Assembly (NCBI GenBank): GCA_051005015.1
Contig: JBPCJT010000243.1
Coordinates: 1-42,850 of the forward strand
Direction: 5' to 3'
From: Gemmatimonadaceae bacterium
GTDB taxonomy: Bacteria > Gemmatimonadota > Gemmatimonadetes > Gemmatimonadales > Gemmatimonadaceae
Length of the DNA stretch: 42,850 bases
The notes beneath the pieces were generated by a model that had not been told where the DNA came from, ran no database searches, and saw only the letters and a list, made by a program, of their open reading frames with translations. Made by a program: the position numbers and the translations under genes. Positions 1 through 7,569 of the stretch are shown piece after piece (within the stretch, counting starts at the first letter, position 1; each line of letters starts with the position of its first letter).

Positions 1-218
1 TACTTCTTCACATACGAGATCACGAACCGCAGGTGCGCCGTGACGAGCCGCTCGGCGGCCGCCGTGTCACCCTGCTGCGTGAGCCGCGCGAGCCGCCGCT
101 CCTCGGCGGCGTCGGTGATGAGGGGGAGCTTCTGGATGTCGTGGAGGTACTGTTCGAACGCGGTGGAGGGAGAGGAACGGAAAAAACCTTTGGACCTGGT
201 TTCGGTCACGTGCTCCAT
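1..218 (-). CDS. RNA polymerase sigma-70 family factor, N-terminal part (gene continues beyond the window start)
   Basis: My translation of the minus strand from the ATG at 218..216 gives MEHVTETRSKGFFRSSPSTAFEQYLHDIQKLPLITDAAEERRLARLTQQGDTAAAERLVTAHLRFVISYVKK. This fits the sigma-70 region 1.2/2.1 pattern (YL..I...PL.t..eE..La.....GD..A...Lv..hLRfV). It is missing from the ORF track only because it is open at the window edge. AAGGGG lies 5 nt upstream of the ATG. Confidence 0.6.
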   Translation of the reverse strand, partial: MEHVTETRSKGFFRSSPSTAFEQYLHDIQKLPLITDAAEERRLARLTQQGDTAAAERLVTAHLRFVISYVKK

Positions 219-621
219 ACACGCCCCTTATTTGAGTGCCGGAGGGAGGCGAGCGCTGCCTGCTCGCTTGCGGGGAATCGCAGAGGACTGGCAGGATATA
301 TCACAAGCGCACTTCGGTCAACTGCCAAATTGCGTGCCGGACTGTACGGATTGTGTCGCCTAGCTGCCGGTTGCGTTCCCCTCGCCAAGGCAACAGGTGA
401 ACCGATTAGGGGCCGAATAACTCCTGAAAGGGTCCGAATGGAGTTAGGAAATTTCCTGGCCGAAGCAAATTGACGACAAGGAATTCAGGCACCGGTGGCC
501 GCGGCAGAAGCCGGTGTGGCACGGATTCCCGTGAGTGGCTCCGCCGGGGGCTTCGCGACATAACATCACACTAGATATGGCGTTACAGGAGGTCCAGTAC
601 GGACGTCCTAGCCATCCAGCC

Positions 622-801
622 TCACACACTGGGTGGATCGCGAGGCTTGGTTCGGCTCGTACCCATGACGACGCCGATTCCGATAGCTACCAGAACGCCT
701 ACCAGAATCCAGAGTGGAGGCACGGCCAGCATGTACGCGCCGATTGCGAGGCCGGCTACGATTACGATAGAGCCGATGAGGTAGGTACTGAAGGAGGACA
801 T
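622..801 (-). CDS. small hydrophobic membrane protein (about 59 aa, two predicted TM helices), function unknown
   Basis: Track ORF 622..837. The internal Met gives MSSFSTYLIGSIVIVAGLAIGAYMLAVPPLWILVGVLVAIGIGVVMG. It lies 55 nt downstream of the 3D-domain gene on the same strand. The Shine-Dalgarno sequence is weak. Confidence 0.4.
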   Translation of the reverse strand: MSSFSTYLIGSIVIVAGLAIGAYMLAVPPLWILVGVLVAIGIGVVMGTSRTKPRDPPSV

Positions 802-855
802 AGGGTTTCCCGTTTGGGTTCGATGTTGCAAAGGCAAGTGTAGGGCCAGCAGTGG

Positions 856-1338
856 CTAAGTGCTGGTCTTTGAAACGAGCAGGGCGAGTCCCCGTCGGCG
901 GCCAAAGAGGATAGCCTCCGCGCAGCTGCGCTTCCAGATGTCAAGCCGCGAGCCAAGTACGTCCCTGCCGGTATCACTCACGTAGAAGCGTCCGTAGTGG
1001 CGCCGCCCAACCCAGACCTCTATCTCCCTTCCCAGAGGGAAAACCCTTGGGTCTGACGCGACTATTCCTTCGCGCACATGGTCGCCGAGTCGTGTTGTCC
1101 CGCGAAGGCAATACGAAGTAAGCTCCACGGTGACGAGTTCGCCTGGCCCTGCCAACCTGGGGGCTGCGAGGCGGGGGCGTGGCCGCCCAGCAACCACACG
1201 TACGGCGGGAAGGCGTAGTCGGAGACTGGGGAGCTGGTAGGGAATAGAATCCGAGGGCTCCGAGTAGGGATCTTCCCGCGTGAGCAGATGAACCAGCAGG
1301 ACGAGCGCGACCAAAGCGAGAGCAATGGGACGCTTCAC
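856..1338 (-). CDS. 3D (MltA-like, Asp-Asp-Asp) domain protein with N-terminal signal anchor
   Basis: The C-terminal half matches the 3D-domain pattern: TSYC..G.T..G......GIVASDPRVFPLG..I.V...G.FYVSDTG..V.G.RLDIW....EA..FG. The GTG at 1338..1336 overlaps the aroB TGA stop (GTGA, 4-nt coupling). That start yields (M)KRPIALALVALVLLVHLL, a typical signal peptide. The track start at 1383 (also GTG) would overlap aroB by 49 nt. Confidence 0.7.
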   Translation of the reverse strand: MKRPIALALVALVLLVHLLTREDPYSEPSDSIPYQLPSLRLRLPAVRVVAGRPRPRLAAPRLAGPGELVTVELTSYCLRGTTRLGDHVREGIVASDPRVFPLGREIEVWVGRRHYGRFYVSDTGRDVLGSRLDIWKRSCAEAILFGRRRGLALLVSKTST

Positions 1339-2480
1339 CCAAGTACCTCGAGAACCGCTGAATCGGCTATTGGAATCGCCCACCCCGATTCCGAACCCGC
1401 CATCTCGCCGATGCGGCGCGGCAACGCATATTCGACGATCCCGCTACGAGCTTTTTTATCGTGGCGCGTCGCGGCCAGGACGGCATTCGAATCCAGCCCG
1501 CCCGAACTGGCAATGGGAAGGCCTGCGCCGGCAAGCGCGGCTCGGATCGAGGACGCGGTGCCTGCCTGGGCTATACCGGAACGCTCCGCGATCTCCGCTT
1601 CAAGGGCCATCCCGATGGCTATCGCTTCGCCGTGCAGAAGCCGGTAGTTGCTTTGAGATTCTAGCGCGTGGCCGAGCGTATGTCCGAAGTTCAACACTTT
1701 CCTGCGACCCCGTTCGTATTCATCGCGCCGTACGATATCACCTTTGATGGCAATACTCGCAGCGACCAGTTCGACAATTTCATCGGTTTGGCCAAGGCCG
1801 CTGGCCGACCATTGTGCCACCAGGTCGAAGTATCCGGCATCGGCAACGACGCCATGTTTCAGGGCTTCAGCAATTCCGGATCTTAGATGCCGCTCTGGTA
1901 GCGTTTGGAGCACCAGCGGATCGACTATTACGGCGGCCGGTCGGTGAAATGCGCCCACGAGATTCTTGCCGGCGTGGGTGTCCACGGCGGTCTTGCCGCC
2001 GATGGCTGCGTCGACCATTGCAAGGAGCGTGGTCGGCACGTGGACGTACTGTATGCCACGCATGAAGGTCGCGGCAACGAACCCGGCAAGGTCGCCTACC
2101 ACACCGCCTCCGAGCGCGACTATGACCGCGTCGCGTCCGTGACCCTGCTCGAGAAGTGCGTCGGTAAGATGTGACCAAGTCTCTCGCGTCTTGTGTATTT
2201 CGCCAGCGACGATGGTGAAAACACTGCAGCGGTCCGCTCCGATTGACGCTGCGGCGCGCGAGGCGTAAAGAGGTCCTACGACGTCGTCTGTGATAATAGC
2301 GTATCGATGCGCTGGCGAGTCGCGCTGGATGATGACTCCAACTTCATCCAGCAAGCCCGCCGCGATACGGGCGAAGTAACCGTCGAGCTGGATCGATCGA
2401 GTCACCTGCGGGCGAGGGGGCCCCCCCCCACCGGGAATATTCCGCTCGCTGGTCCAACCTGGCTCATCTAAATCTCGCAT
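1335..2480 (-). CDS. aroB: 3-dehydroquinate synthase
   Basis: Motifs GGGVVGDLAGFVAATFMRGIQYVHVPTTLLAMVDAAIGGKTAVD and NFGHTLGHALE. The start is uncertain. The GTG at 2405 gives a length and motif spacing closer to E. coli AroB. The ATG at 2480 adds 25 aa, including a Gly/Pro run encoded by a G9C5 homopolymer tract. Confidence 0.9.
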   Translation of the reverse strand: MRDLDEPGWTSERNIPGGGGPPRPQVTRSIQLDGYFARIAAGLLDEVGVIIQRDSPAHRYAIITDDVVGPLYASRAAASIGADRCSVFTIVAGEIHKTRETWSHLTDALLEQGHGRDAVIVALGGGVVGDLAGFVAATFMRGIQYVHVPTTLLAMVDAAIGGKTAVDTHAGKNLVGAFHRPAAVIVDPLVLQTLPERHLRSGIAEALKHGVVADAGYFDLVAQWSASGLGQTDEIVELVAASIAIKGDIVRRDEYERGRRKVLNFGHTLGHALESQSNYRLLHGEAIAIGMALEAEIAERSGIAQAGTASSIRAALAGAGLPIASSGGLDSNAVLAATRHDKKARSGIVEYALPRRIGEMAGSESGWAIPIADSAVLEVLG

Positions 2481-2496
2481 CCACAGTTGTTTTTGC

Positions 2497-3042
2497 TCAC
2501 CAGGTCACTTCCCCAACTCCCGCGCGCCGATTGGCAACGCGCGAGAGCACGAACAGGAGATCCGAGAGCCGGTTGAGATACTTCACAACGATTGTGGGGA
2601 GTTCTGCCTCGCGGGATAACGCTATGACTCGTCGTTCCGCGCGGCGGCAAACCGTGCGCGCCACGTGCAACGCAGCCGATTTTGGGGTTCCTCCGGGAAG
2701 TATAAAGGCGCGCAGAGGCTCGAGCTCCGCCTCCGCTTCGTCGATCGCCCGTTCGAGCTGGGTAATGCGGCCCTCATCGATGCGCGCCTTCTCGAGATGC
2801 TGGCGCATCTTCTCGCGATCCGGAGTGGCCAGCATGGAGCCCAGGCTGAAAAGATCTCGCTGGATCAGGACTACCACCTCGTCTATACGGGGCATGAGCT
2901 CCACGGCCCGCGCAACGCCAAGCACGGCATTCAACTCGTCGACGTCACCGTATGCCTCCACGCGAGGGTCGTCCTTGGACACACGGCCGCCACCAAAGAG
3001 GCTCGTTTGCCCTGTGTCGCCGGTTCTCGTGTAAATGTTCAT
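2497..3042 (-). CDS. ATP:cob(I)alamin adenosyltransferase, PduO type
   Basis: Canonical N-terminus MNIYTRTGDTGQTSLFGGGRVSKDDPRVEAYGDVDELNAVLG, and a length of 181 aa. Confidence 0.9.
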   Translation of the reverse strand: MNIYTRTGDTGQTSLFGGGRVSKDDPRVEAYGDVDELNAVLGVARAVELMPRIDEVVVLIQRDLFSLGSMLATPDREKMRQHLEKARIDEGRITQLERAIDEAEAELEPLRAFILPGGTPKSAALHVARTVCRRAERRVIALSREAELPTIVVKYLNRLSDLLFVLSRVANRRAGVGEVTW

Positions 3043-3138
3043 CTAATGGGTGATTCGGTGTCCGTGAAACCGAGTTCCGGGAATCCGAGAGCGATATCGT
3101 GATCGCGGCATGGCAATGTCTGTTTGTCCAGGACCAAG

Positions 3139-3515
3139 TAGTCAATTGCGTAAAAACGGCCGAGCTGCTGCACTTCTGGTCAGCCACCGACAGCGCAGGA
3201 GCTGCACGGCAGCTTGAATGCTCCCATCTTCAGTAAATCGAACGCTTAGTGGTCGATTGCGTAAATACGGCGGCATTCGAGCGGCGCAGCACTGAAGCCC
3301 AAGGTGTACTCACAGAAAAAATGAGACAGGATGACAGGATGACAGGATGGAAATAGTCCGCTGATTCACTTACGAGCCCATCCTGTTAATCCTGGTCATC
3401 CTGTAAAAGAAGGCATCCTTTTCTCCGAACGGCGGCGGTCATTCAACGCTGCGCTGGAGGAGGCGTTTCGGCGCTCCCGATACGTTGCCGTATTTACGCA
3501 ACCTGCCGCTTAGTC
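3139..3515. repeat. three copies of a 15-16 nt motif ATTGCGTAAA(A/T)ACGGC (two direct, one inverted) with related flanks
   Basis: Cores are at 3145..3160 (attgcgtaaaaacggc), 3256..3271 (attgcgtaaatacggc) and, inverted, 3487..3501 (gccgtatttacgcaa). Flanks share agt(a/g)gtc(a/g) upstream and cgagc(t/g)gc..gcac downstream. All copies lie in the 643-nt non-coding gap between the divergent PduO-type and FNR genes. Confidence 0.7.
3316..3403 (-). terminator. long imperfect hairpin built from (GACAGGAT)x3 and its inverted copy, followed on the minus strand by a T6 run
   Basis: 3325..3350 reads gacaggatgacaggatgacaggatgg, and 3378..3403 reads ccatcctgttaatcctggtcatcctg. About 23 bp can pair, with bulges. 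On the minus strand the stem is followed by tcaTTTTTTctg (A6 at 3316..3321 on plus). No annotated minus-strand gene lies upstream of it. Confidence 0.45.
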
Positions 3516-3685
3516 ACCAAACATACCGAAATAACGGTGCCGTTCTCGAGTCCGGATCGAGTTTGCCTCCCGATGAGTCTTGTGAGGAAGCGTCGTGCAC
3601 AGGAGGCGTGGCCGGGGTTTTCGCTCCCGGTCTGGCTCGGAAAACGAGACTTGCCTGGGTGGGTGGGTGCGTACAACGTTAGTGA

Positions 3686-4702
3686 ATGCCTCAGGAAATC
3701 AAAGACATCATCATTATTGGTGGAGGGCCGACCGGACTTTTCGCCCTCTTCTATGCCGGCATGCGCGGCGTGAGCGCGCGGTTGGTGGACGCCCTTCCGG
3801 AGCCGGGCGGCCAACTCGCCGCCCTGTATCCCGAAAAATACATCTTCGACGTTGGCGGTTTCCCGAAGATTCTCGCCAAGGATCTGGTAAAGGCCCTTCT
3901 GGAGCAAGCGTCCCAGTTCGGCCAACCGCTGCACTTCGGGGAGCGCGTCGTTGGACTCGAGGAAGATAGTGGACTTTTTACGCTGGTAACAGAGAGCGAG
4001 CGCTATCCAGGGCGAGCGGTTGTGATCGCTGGTGGGATAGGAGCGTTCTCCCCACGACGTTTGCCCCAGGCGGCAGCGGCACCCTGGTACGGACGCGGCG
4101 TGTATGATCGCGTACTGAATCCGGAGCAGTTCCGCGGGCAACGCGTGCTGATCGTAGGAGGAGGCGACTCGGCGTTCGACTGGACCCACCAACTCCTGGA
4201 TCGGGCCGCGGCCGTAACGCTGGTGCACCGCAGCGACCGCTTTCGCGCGCACGGAGCGACCGTGAGCGCCGTGAGCGCCGCCGCCGCCGCCGGCCGGGCC
4301 AAAATTCTAACCTTCCACGAACTCGCTGACGTGCGCGGGAATGGTGATCACCTTACAGGGGTAACACTTCGGGACACCAAATCCAAGTCGACACACGACA
4401 TAGAAGTGGATGCCATTATTCCGATGCTTGGTTTCGTCAGCGATCTCGGAGCGATTGCAGAATGGGGGCTCCCTCTACAGAAGGATGAAATCGTAGTCGA
4501 CATTCTTATGGAGACCGGCCGCCACGGAATCTACGCCGCCGGCGACATCACAACCTATCCCGGCAAGCTCAAGCTGATCGCCACCGGTTTCGCCGAAGCC
4601 GCCACAGCCGTGAATCAAGCCGTTCACCGCATTTATCCGGAGAAGAAAGTCGCTCCGGGACACAGCTCGAACATGGCGATTTTTGGGCAGAAGGACGACT
4701 GA
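3686..4702 (+). CDS. ferredoxin-NADP+ reductase, thioredoxin-reductase-like type (YumC-like)
   Basis: FAD motif IIIGGGPTGLFA and NADPH motif LIVGGGDSAFDW. The N-terminus is typical of TrxR-type FNR (GGQL..LYPEKYIFDV.GFP). The redox-active CxxC of true thioredoxin reductases is absent. Confidence 0.88.
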   Translation: MPQEIKDIIIIGGGPTGLFALFYAGMRGVSARLVDALPEPGGQLAALYPEKYIFDVGGFPKILAKDLVKALLEQASQFGQPLHFGERVVGLEEDSGLFTLVTESERYPGRAVVIAGGIGAFSPRRLPQAAAAPWYGRGVYDRVLNPEQFRGQRVLIVGGGDSAFDWTHQLLDRAAAVTLVHRSDRFRAHGATVSAVSAAAAAGRAKILTFHELADVRGNGDHLTGVTLRDTKSKSTHDIEVDAIIPMLGFVSDLGAIAEWGLPLQKDEIVVDILMETGRHGIYAAGDITTYPGKLKLIATGFAEAATAVNQAVHRIYPEKKVAPGHSSNMAIFGQKDD

Positions 4703-4720
4703 ACTGTGATCAGTGAACTA
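4700..4720. repeat. heptamer array TGAACTG TGATCAG TGAACTA starting at the FNR stop codon
   Basis: Read directly from the sequence. The first unit contains the TGA stop at 4700..4702. Confidence 0.6.
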
Positions 4721-4782
4721 ATTGCTCGTCTCAAGTCCCGGGATTTTTTTCGTGCAGCGCAACGTTTCAGTAACAGCATTTG

Positions 4783-5700
4783 ATGACTGAGGCTGCCAGA
4801 GCTGTCGTTCTCAGTGGAACGGGTGGCGTGTGGCGCGTGCGTACCGATGCGGGTGACACGCGCGAGGTATCGCTGAGGGGCAGGTTGAAAAAAGAAGGAG
4901 CGGTGAAGCTCGCGGTTGGGGACGAAGTAGTGCTGGAGGCCGGGGAACGGGGCGATGAGTGGGCAATCAGGGAGATCCTGCCGAGGCGCTCGAAGCTAGC
5001 GCGGCGCGCACCCAGCGGCGCGTACGGCGAGCGCATTGTCGCCGCCAACATCGACCAGGTCGTCGCTGTATTTGCCGCGGCGGAGCCGGAGCCGCACGAA
5101 AGGATGCTCGACCGGTTTCTGGTGATAGCTGCCGCGAACGACATCGGTGCGCGAATAGTGATCAACAAGGTGGAGCTGGTGGACAACGCGGCGGCGCGGT
5201 TCGCGGTGTATGAGAGGGCTGGATATCCGGTTCACTATACCAGCGTCAAGCTCGGTGATGGACTCTCGGCATTGCATGATGTACTGGCTGGCCGCGTCTC
5301 GGCGCTGAGCGGACCATCTGGGGTAGGGAAGTCTTCGCTGCTCAACGCAATGTATCATGGGCTGAATATTCGAGTTGGGGAGATTAGCCGGAGCGTCAAC
5401 AAGGGCCGCCACACAACCGTGGGTGCCGAGCTGCATCCGCTGCCGGACGGCGGATACGTAGTGGATACACCGGGCCTGCGGGAGGTGGGAGTATGGGGCG
5501 TAGAGCCAGGCGAGCTGGATCGCTGTTTTCTGGAGTTCCGGCCGCTCCTGGGAGCCTGCCGTTTTGGAGATTGTACTCACGCCACTGAGCCCGGTTGCGC
5601 CGTTCGCGCCGCTGTCAGGGACGGCAGCATCAGCGCCGCTCGGCATGATAGTTATCTGAAGTTGCGCACGGAGATCGAGGACGGTGCGCCGGCCTGGTGA
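4783..5700 (+). CDS. rsgA: ribosome small-subunit-dependent GTPase A
   Basis: Circularly permuted GTPase motifs NKVEL, GPSGVGKSSLLN and DTPGLREV, plus the C-terminal zinc knuckle CRFGDCTHATEPGC. The ATG at 4783 immediately follows the TTG at 4780. Confidence 0.92.
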   Translation: MTEAARAVVLSGTGGVWRVRTDAGDTREVSLRGRLKKEGAVKLAVGDEVVLEAGERGDEWAIREILPRRSKLARRAPSGAYGERIVAANIDQVVAVFAAAEPEPHERMLDRFLVIAAANDIGARIVINKVELVDNAAARFAVYERAGYPVHYTSVKLGDGLSALHDVLAGRVSALSGPSGVGKSSLLNAMYHGLNIRVGEISRSVNKGRHTTVGAELHPLPDGGYVVDTPGLREVGVWGVEPGELDRCFLEFRPLLGACRFGDCTHATEPGCAVRAAVRDGSISAARHDSYLKLRTEIEDGAPAW

Positions 5701-5760
5701 GAGCGAAGTAGTAGCCATACTGTTGGGGAATTTGTAGCGGTTGCTGTTAGGAGGCCGCAT

Positions 5761-5788
5761 TTCGCAGTCCGCAGTTCGCAGCTCGCAA
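5761..5788. repeat. heptamer array TTCGCAG TCCGCAG TTCGCAG CTCGCAA (C-form of the GATTGCG/GACTGCG family)
   Basis: Read directly from the sequence. Its reverse complement shares the words gattgcg, gactgcg, gaactgcg and gagctgc with the arrays at 24121 and 37742. Confidence 0.65.
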
Positions 5789-5809
5789 TCCTTTGCGACG
5801 GGGAGGGGC

Positions 5810-6889
5810 ATGATGCAGATCGGGAACCGAGCACCGAGTACCGCGCAGTGCCACCCGGACACCGGGCACCGGGCACCGGGCACCGGATTCGTTGCGAGTG
5901 AAAGCCCGTTCAGGCAGCGGCCGCGCCGCGCAATTGCGCTCATTTTCACAGCTCTATTCGTGGTCGCTACCGCGCTTCAGGCGCAGAAGAGCATGACGGA
6001 GCGCGGCATACAGCTCTTTGAGCTAGGTCAATACGACGCTGCGAAAAAGGAGCTTGATGCAGCTCTCCAGCAGGATGAGCGAACCACATCCACACTTTTC
6101 TATCTGGGGCGAATCGCCATGATAGAAGGTGATTTCAGCGGGGCGTCCCGGCTGTTCGAGCGCGCTACTCGCACTGAGGGCGCAACGTCCGAACACTATA
6201 GATGGTTCGGGCAGGCATTGGGACAGTTGGCGGCGCGCGGAAGCAAATTCAAAGCCCCGTTCGCTGCCAGGAAAGCCAGGGCGGCTTTCGAGCGCGCGGT
6301 GTCCCTGGACCCGGAGAACGTGGAGGCGCGCGTGGCGCTGCTGCGGTATTATCTCATCGCGCCCGGCGTGATGGGTGGAAGCACCGAGCGGGCCGCGCGA
6401 CAGGTTCCCGAAATCGCCAGGCGAAGCCCGTTCTGGGGGCGGCTCGCCGCGGCCGGTGTGCACGAAGACCGAGCGGACAATGCCGCCGCGGAACGCGAAT
6501 ACCAGAAAGCCGTCGATGAGTACCCCGACAGCTCATCGGCGCTGTATGCGCTCGGCCTTCTATACCAACGGCTGGAGAAGAACGATGAGGCATTCGCCGC
6601 GTTCGAGCGGATGGTGGAAAAGCACCCCGCCAAAATCAACGCGCTGTATGCTATCGGCCGCCTGGGCGCCCAGACCGGACTGAGGCTGGATCGCTCCGAG
6701 GAGGCTCTCAAACTCTTCCTCTCCAAGCCAGTGAAGGAAGACAACGTGCCGCGATCATCCGCGCTTTACCGGCTGGGTATGATCTACGAGAAGACCGGAC
6801 GGCGAGAACTGGCACGTAAGGAATACGAGGCCTCCCTTGGAATCGAGCAACGCTCCGAAGTAAGGCAAGCGCTTGCCCGGCTAAAATAG
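5810..6889 (+). CDS. TPR-repeat protein, probably secreted
   Basis: There are several TPR-like units (YDAAKKELDAAL, FYLGRIAM.EGDF..A, ALYALGLLY.R.....EA...FE..V, ALYRLGMIYEK.G....A). A signal-peptide-like segment reads RRAIALIFTALFVVATALQAQ. The start is uncertain. The ATG at 5810 has GGGAGGGG upstream but would translate the heptamer array at 5824..5886. No ATG/GTG/TTG exists between that array and the signal-like segment. Confidence 0.7.
   Translation: MMQIGNRAPSTAQCHPDTGHRAPGTGFVASESPFRQRPRRAIALIFTALFVVATALQAQKSMTERGIQLFELGQYDAAKKELDAALQQDERTTSTLFYLGRIAMIEGDFSGASRLFERATRTEGATSEHYRWFGQALGQLAARGSKFKAPFAARKARAAFERAVSLDPENVEARVALLRYYLIAPGVMGGSTERAARQVPEIARRSPFWGRLAAAGVHEDRADNAAAEREYQKAVDEYPDSSSALYALGLLYQRLEKNDEAFAAFERMVEKHPAKINALYAIGRLGAQTGLRLDRSEEALKLFLSKPVKEDNVPRSSALYRLGMIYEKTGRRELARKEYEASLGIEQRSEVRQALARLK
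5824..5886. repeat. nine phase-coherent heptamers (63 nt), consensus GCACCGG, decaying toward the 5' end
   Basis: Units are gaaccga gcaccga gtaccgc gcagtgc cacccgg acaccgg gcaccgg gcaccgg gcaccgg. I verified the coordinates unit by unit. Confidence 0.8.
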
Positions 6890-6914
6890 CAACGCGATCG
6901 AAGCGTCCCATAAT

Positions 6915-6944
6915 GGTGCCTGGCCGGTTTCGGTGCCTGGTTTG
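6915..6944. repeat. two copies of GGTGCCTGG 17 nt apart (inverted form of the GCACCGG unit) just after the TPR gene
   Basis: The sequence is ggtgcctggccggtttcggtgcctggtttg. It contains cggtgcc, the reverse complement of ggcaccg from the 5824 array. Confidence 0.5.
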
Positions 6945-6965
6945 TCGATTTTGGCTCCTGCTTCC

Positions 6966-6994
6966 TTGACCAGAAACAGGTCCAGCGCTAAGAT
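6966..6994 (+). promoter_or_regulatory. candidate sigma-70 promoter for the KaiC cassette (TTGACC - 17 nt - TAAGAT)
   Basis: TTGACC lies at 6966..6971 and TAAGAT at 6989..6994, with exactly 17 nt between them. This would give a leader of about 145 nt before the ATG at 7147. The call rests on sequence pattern only. Confidence 0.3.
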
Positions 6995-7146
6995 GATGCA
7001 TGGCGTCGCCCCCCTATCTTTCAGCCGCGCGGCGCTTTAGGTGCGCTGCCCGCCGCGGAGACGACCGGCTGTTCGCGATCGGCCGGGTGCCCCGTTTCGA
7101 AAAAGCGAAGGCGGCTTAGTGCAATCTGTCCTGCTGGCCACCGGCT

Positions 7147-7557
7147 ATGTCTGAGGCATTTGCACCTGGAATGGTCCGCCGCCTTACGGCAATTAGAATC
7201 GCTGGAGCGGCGCCGGACGCCCTGGCTGGCGCTCGGGCCGCGTGTCAGTTTTTACACCACGAACTGTCTCTCTGGTTGGGCGTGGATGGCAGTCGTGCGC
7301 TCTTCAACAGCGCCATTGGCCGTGCGCGCCCAGACCATCCTGTTCTCAGCGATATCCAGCATGAGGCCTTGTTATCGCCAACCCACCCAGCGATAGCACG
7401 AGGCGTACAGATCCATGGAACCGGCGCGACGGTCGCGGCTCTGGAATCCACGCTCGTGGTGCTCATCCAGCTGCTTGGCCGGCTCATCGGAGATGATATG
7501 GCCACCAGGATTGTCGAGAACAGCGAGAAAAACGATGCCGGCATTGCCCGGGGTTAG
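7147..7557 (+). CDS. hypothetical protein (136 aa, Ala/Leu-rich), first gene of the KaiC cassette
   Basis: The track ORF ends 12 nt before the KaiC start, and its stop codon overlaps the KaiC Shine-Dalgarno sequence (tAGGAGaaagg). I recognise no family. It is not KaiA- or KaiB-like. Confidence 0.55.
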   Translation: MSEAFAPGMVRRLTAIRIAGAAPDALAGARAACQFLHHELSLWLGVDGSRALFNSAIGRARPDHPVLSDIQHEALLSPTHPAIARGVQIHGTGATVAALESTLVVLIQLLGRLIGDDMATRIVENSEKNDAGIARG

Positions 7558-7569
7558 GAGAAAGGACTC

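Noticed and set aside
3655-3672. A G-quadruplex candidate (gggtgggtgggtg) just upstream of the FNR gene.
   Set aside because: Only three GGG tracts are contiguous. A fourth is about 40 nt away, so this is not a canonical intramolecular G4 motif.
4731-4750. An intrinsic terminator after the FNR gene (tcccggga followed by T7).
   Set aside because: The palindrome is only 8 nt with no loop, so no stable hairpin precedes the T-run. It may still contribute to termination together with the upstream TGAWCWG array, but I cannot support it as a terminator call.
5741-5809. The track start (TTG at 5741) for the TPR protein, and the analogous far-upstream track starts at 24130, 30434, 17909, 22466 and 11556.
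   Set aside because: These extensions translate repeat arrays or non-coding-looking sequence. In several cases a downstream ATG with a Shine-Dalgarno-like sequence and/or a proper signal peptide is available.
4996-5949. A long minus-strand ORF (317 aa) antisense to rsgA. Similar long antisense ORFs occur at 3494..4252, 7588..8226, 9431..10534, 12779..13588, 30659..31393, 38759..39667 and 41851..42666.
   Set aside because: Each lies opposite a gene with clear family motifs. Their translations are Arg/Pro/Gly-rich with no recognisable motifs. This is typical of stop-poor antisense frames in GC-rich DNA.
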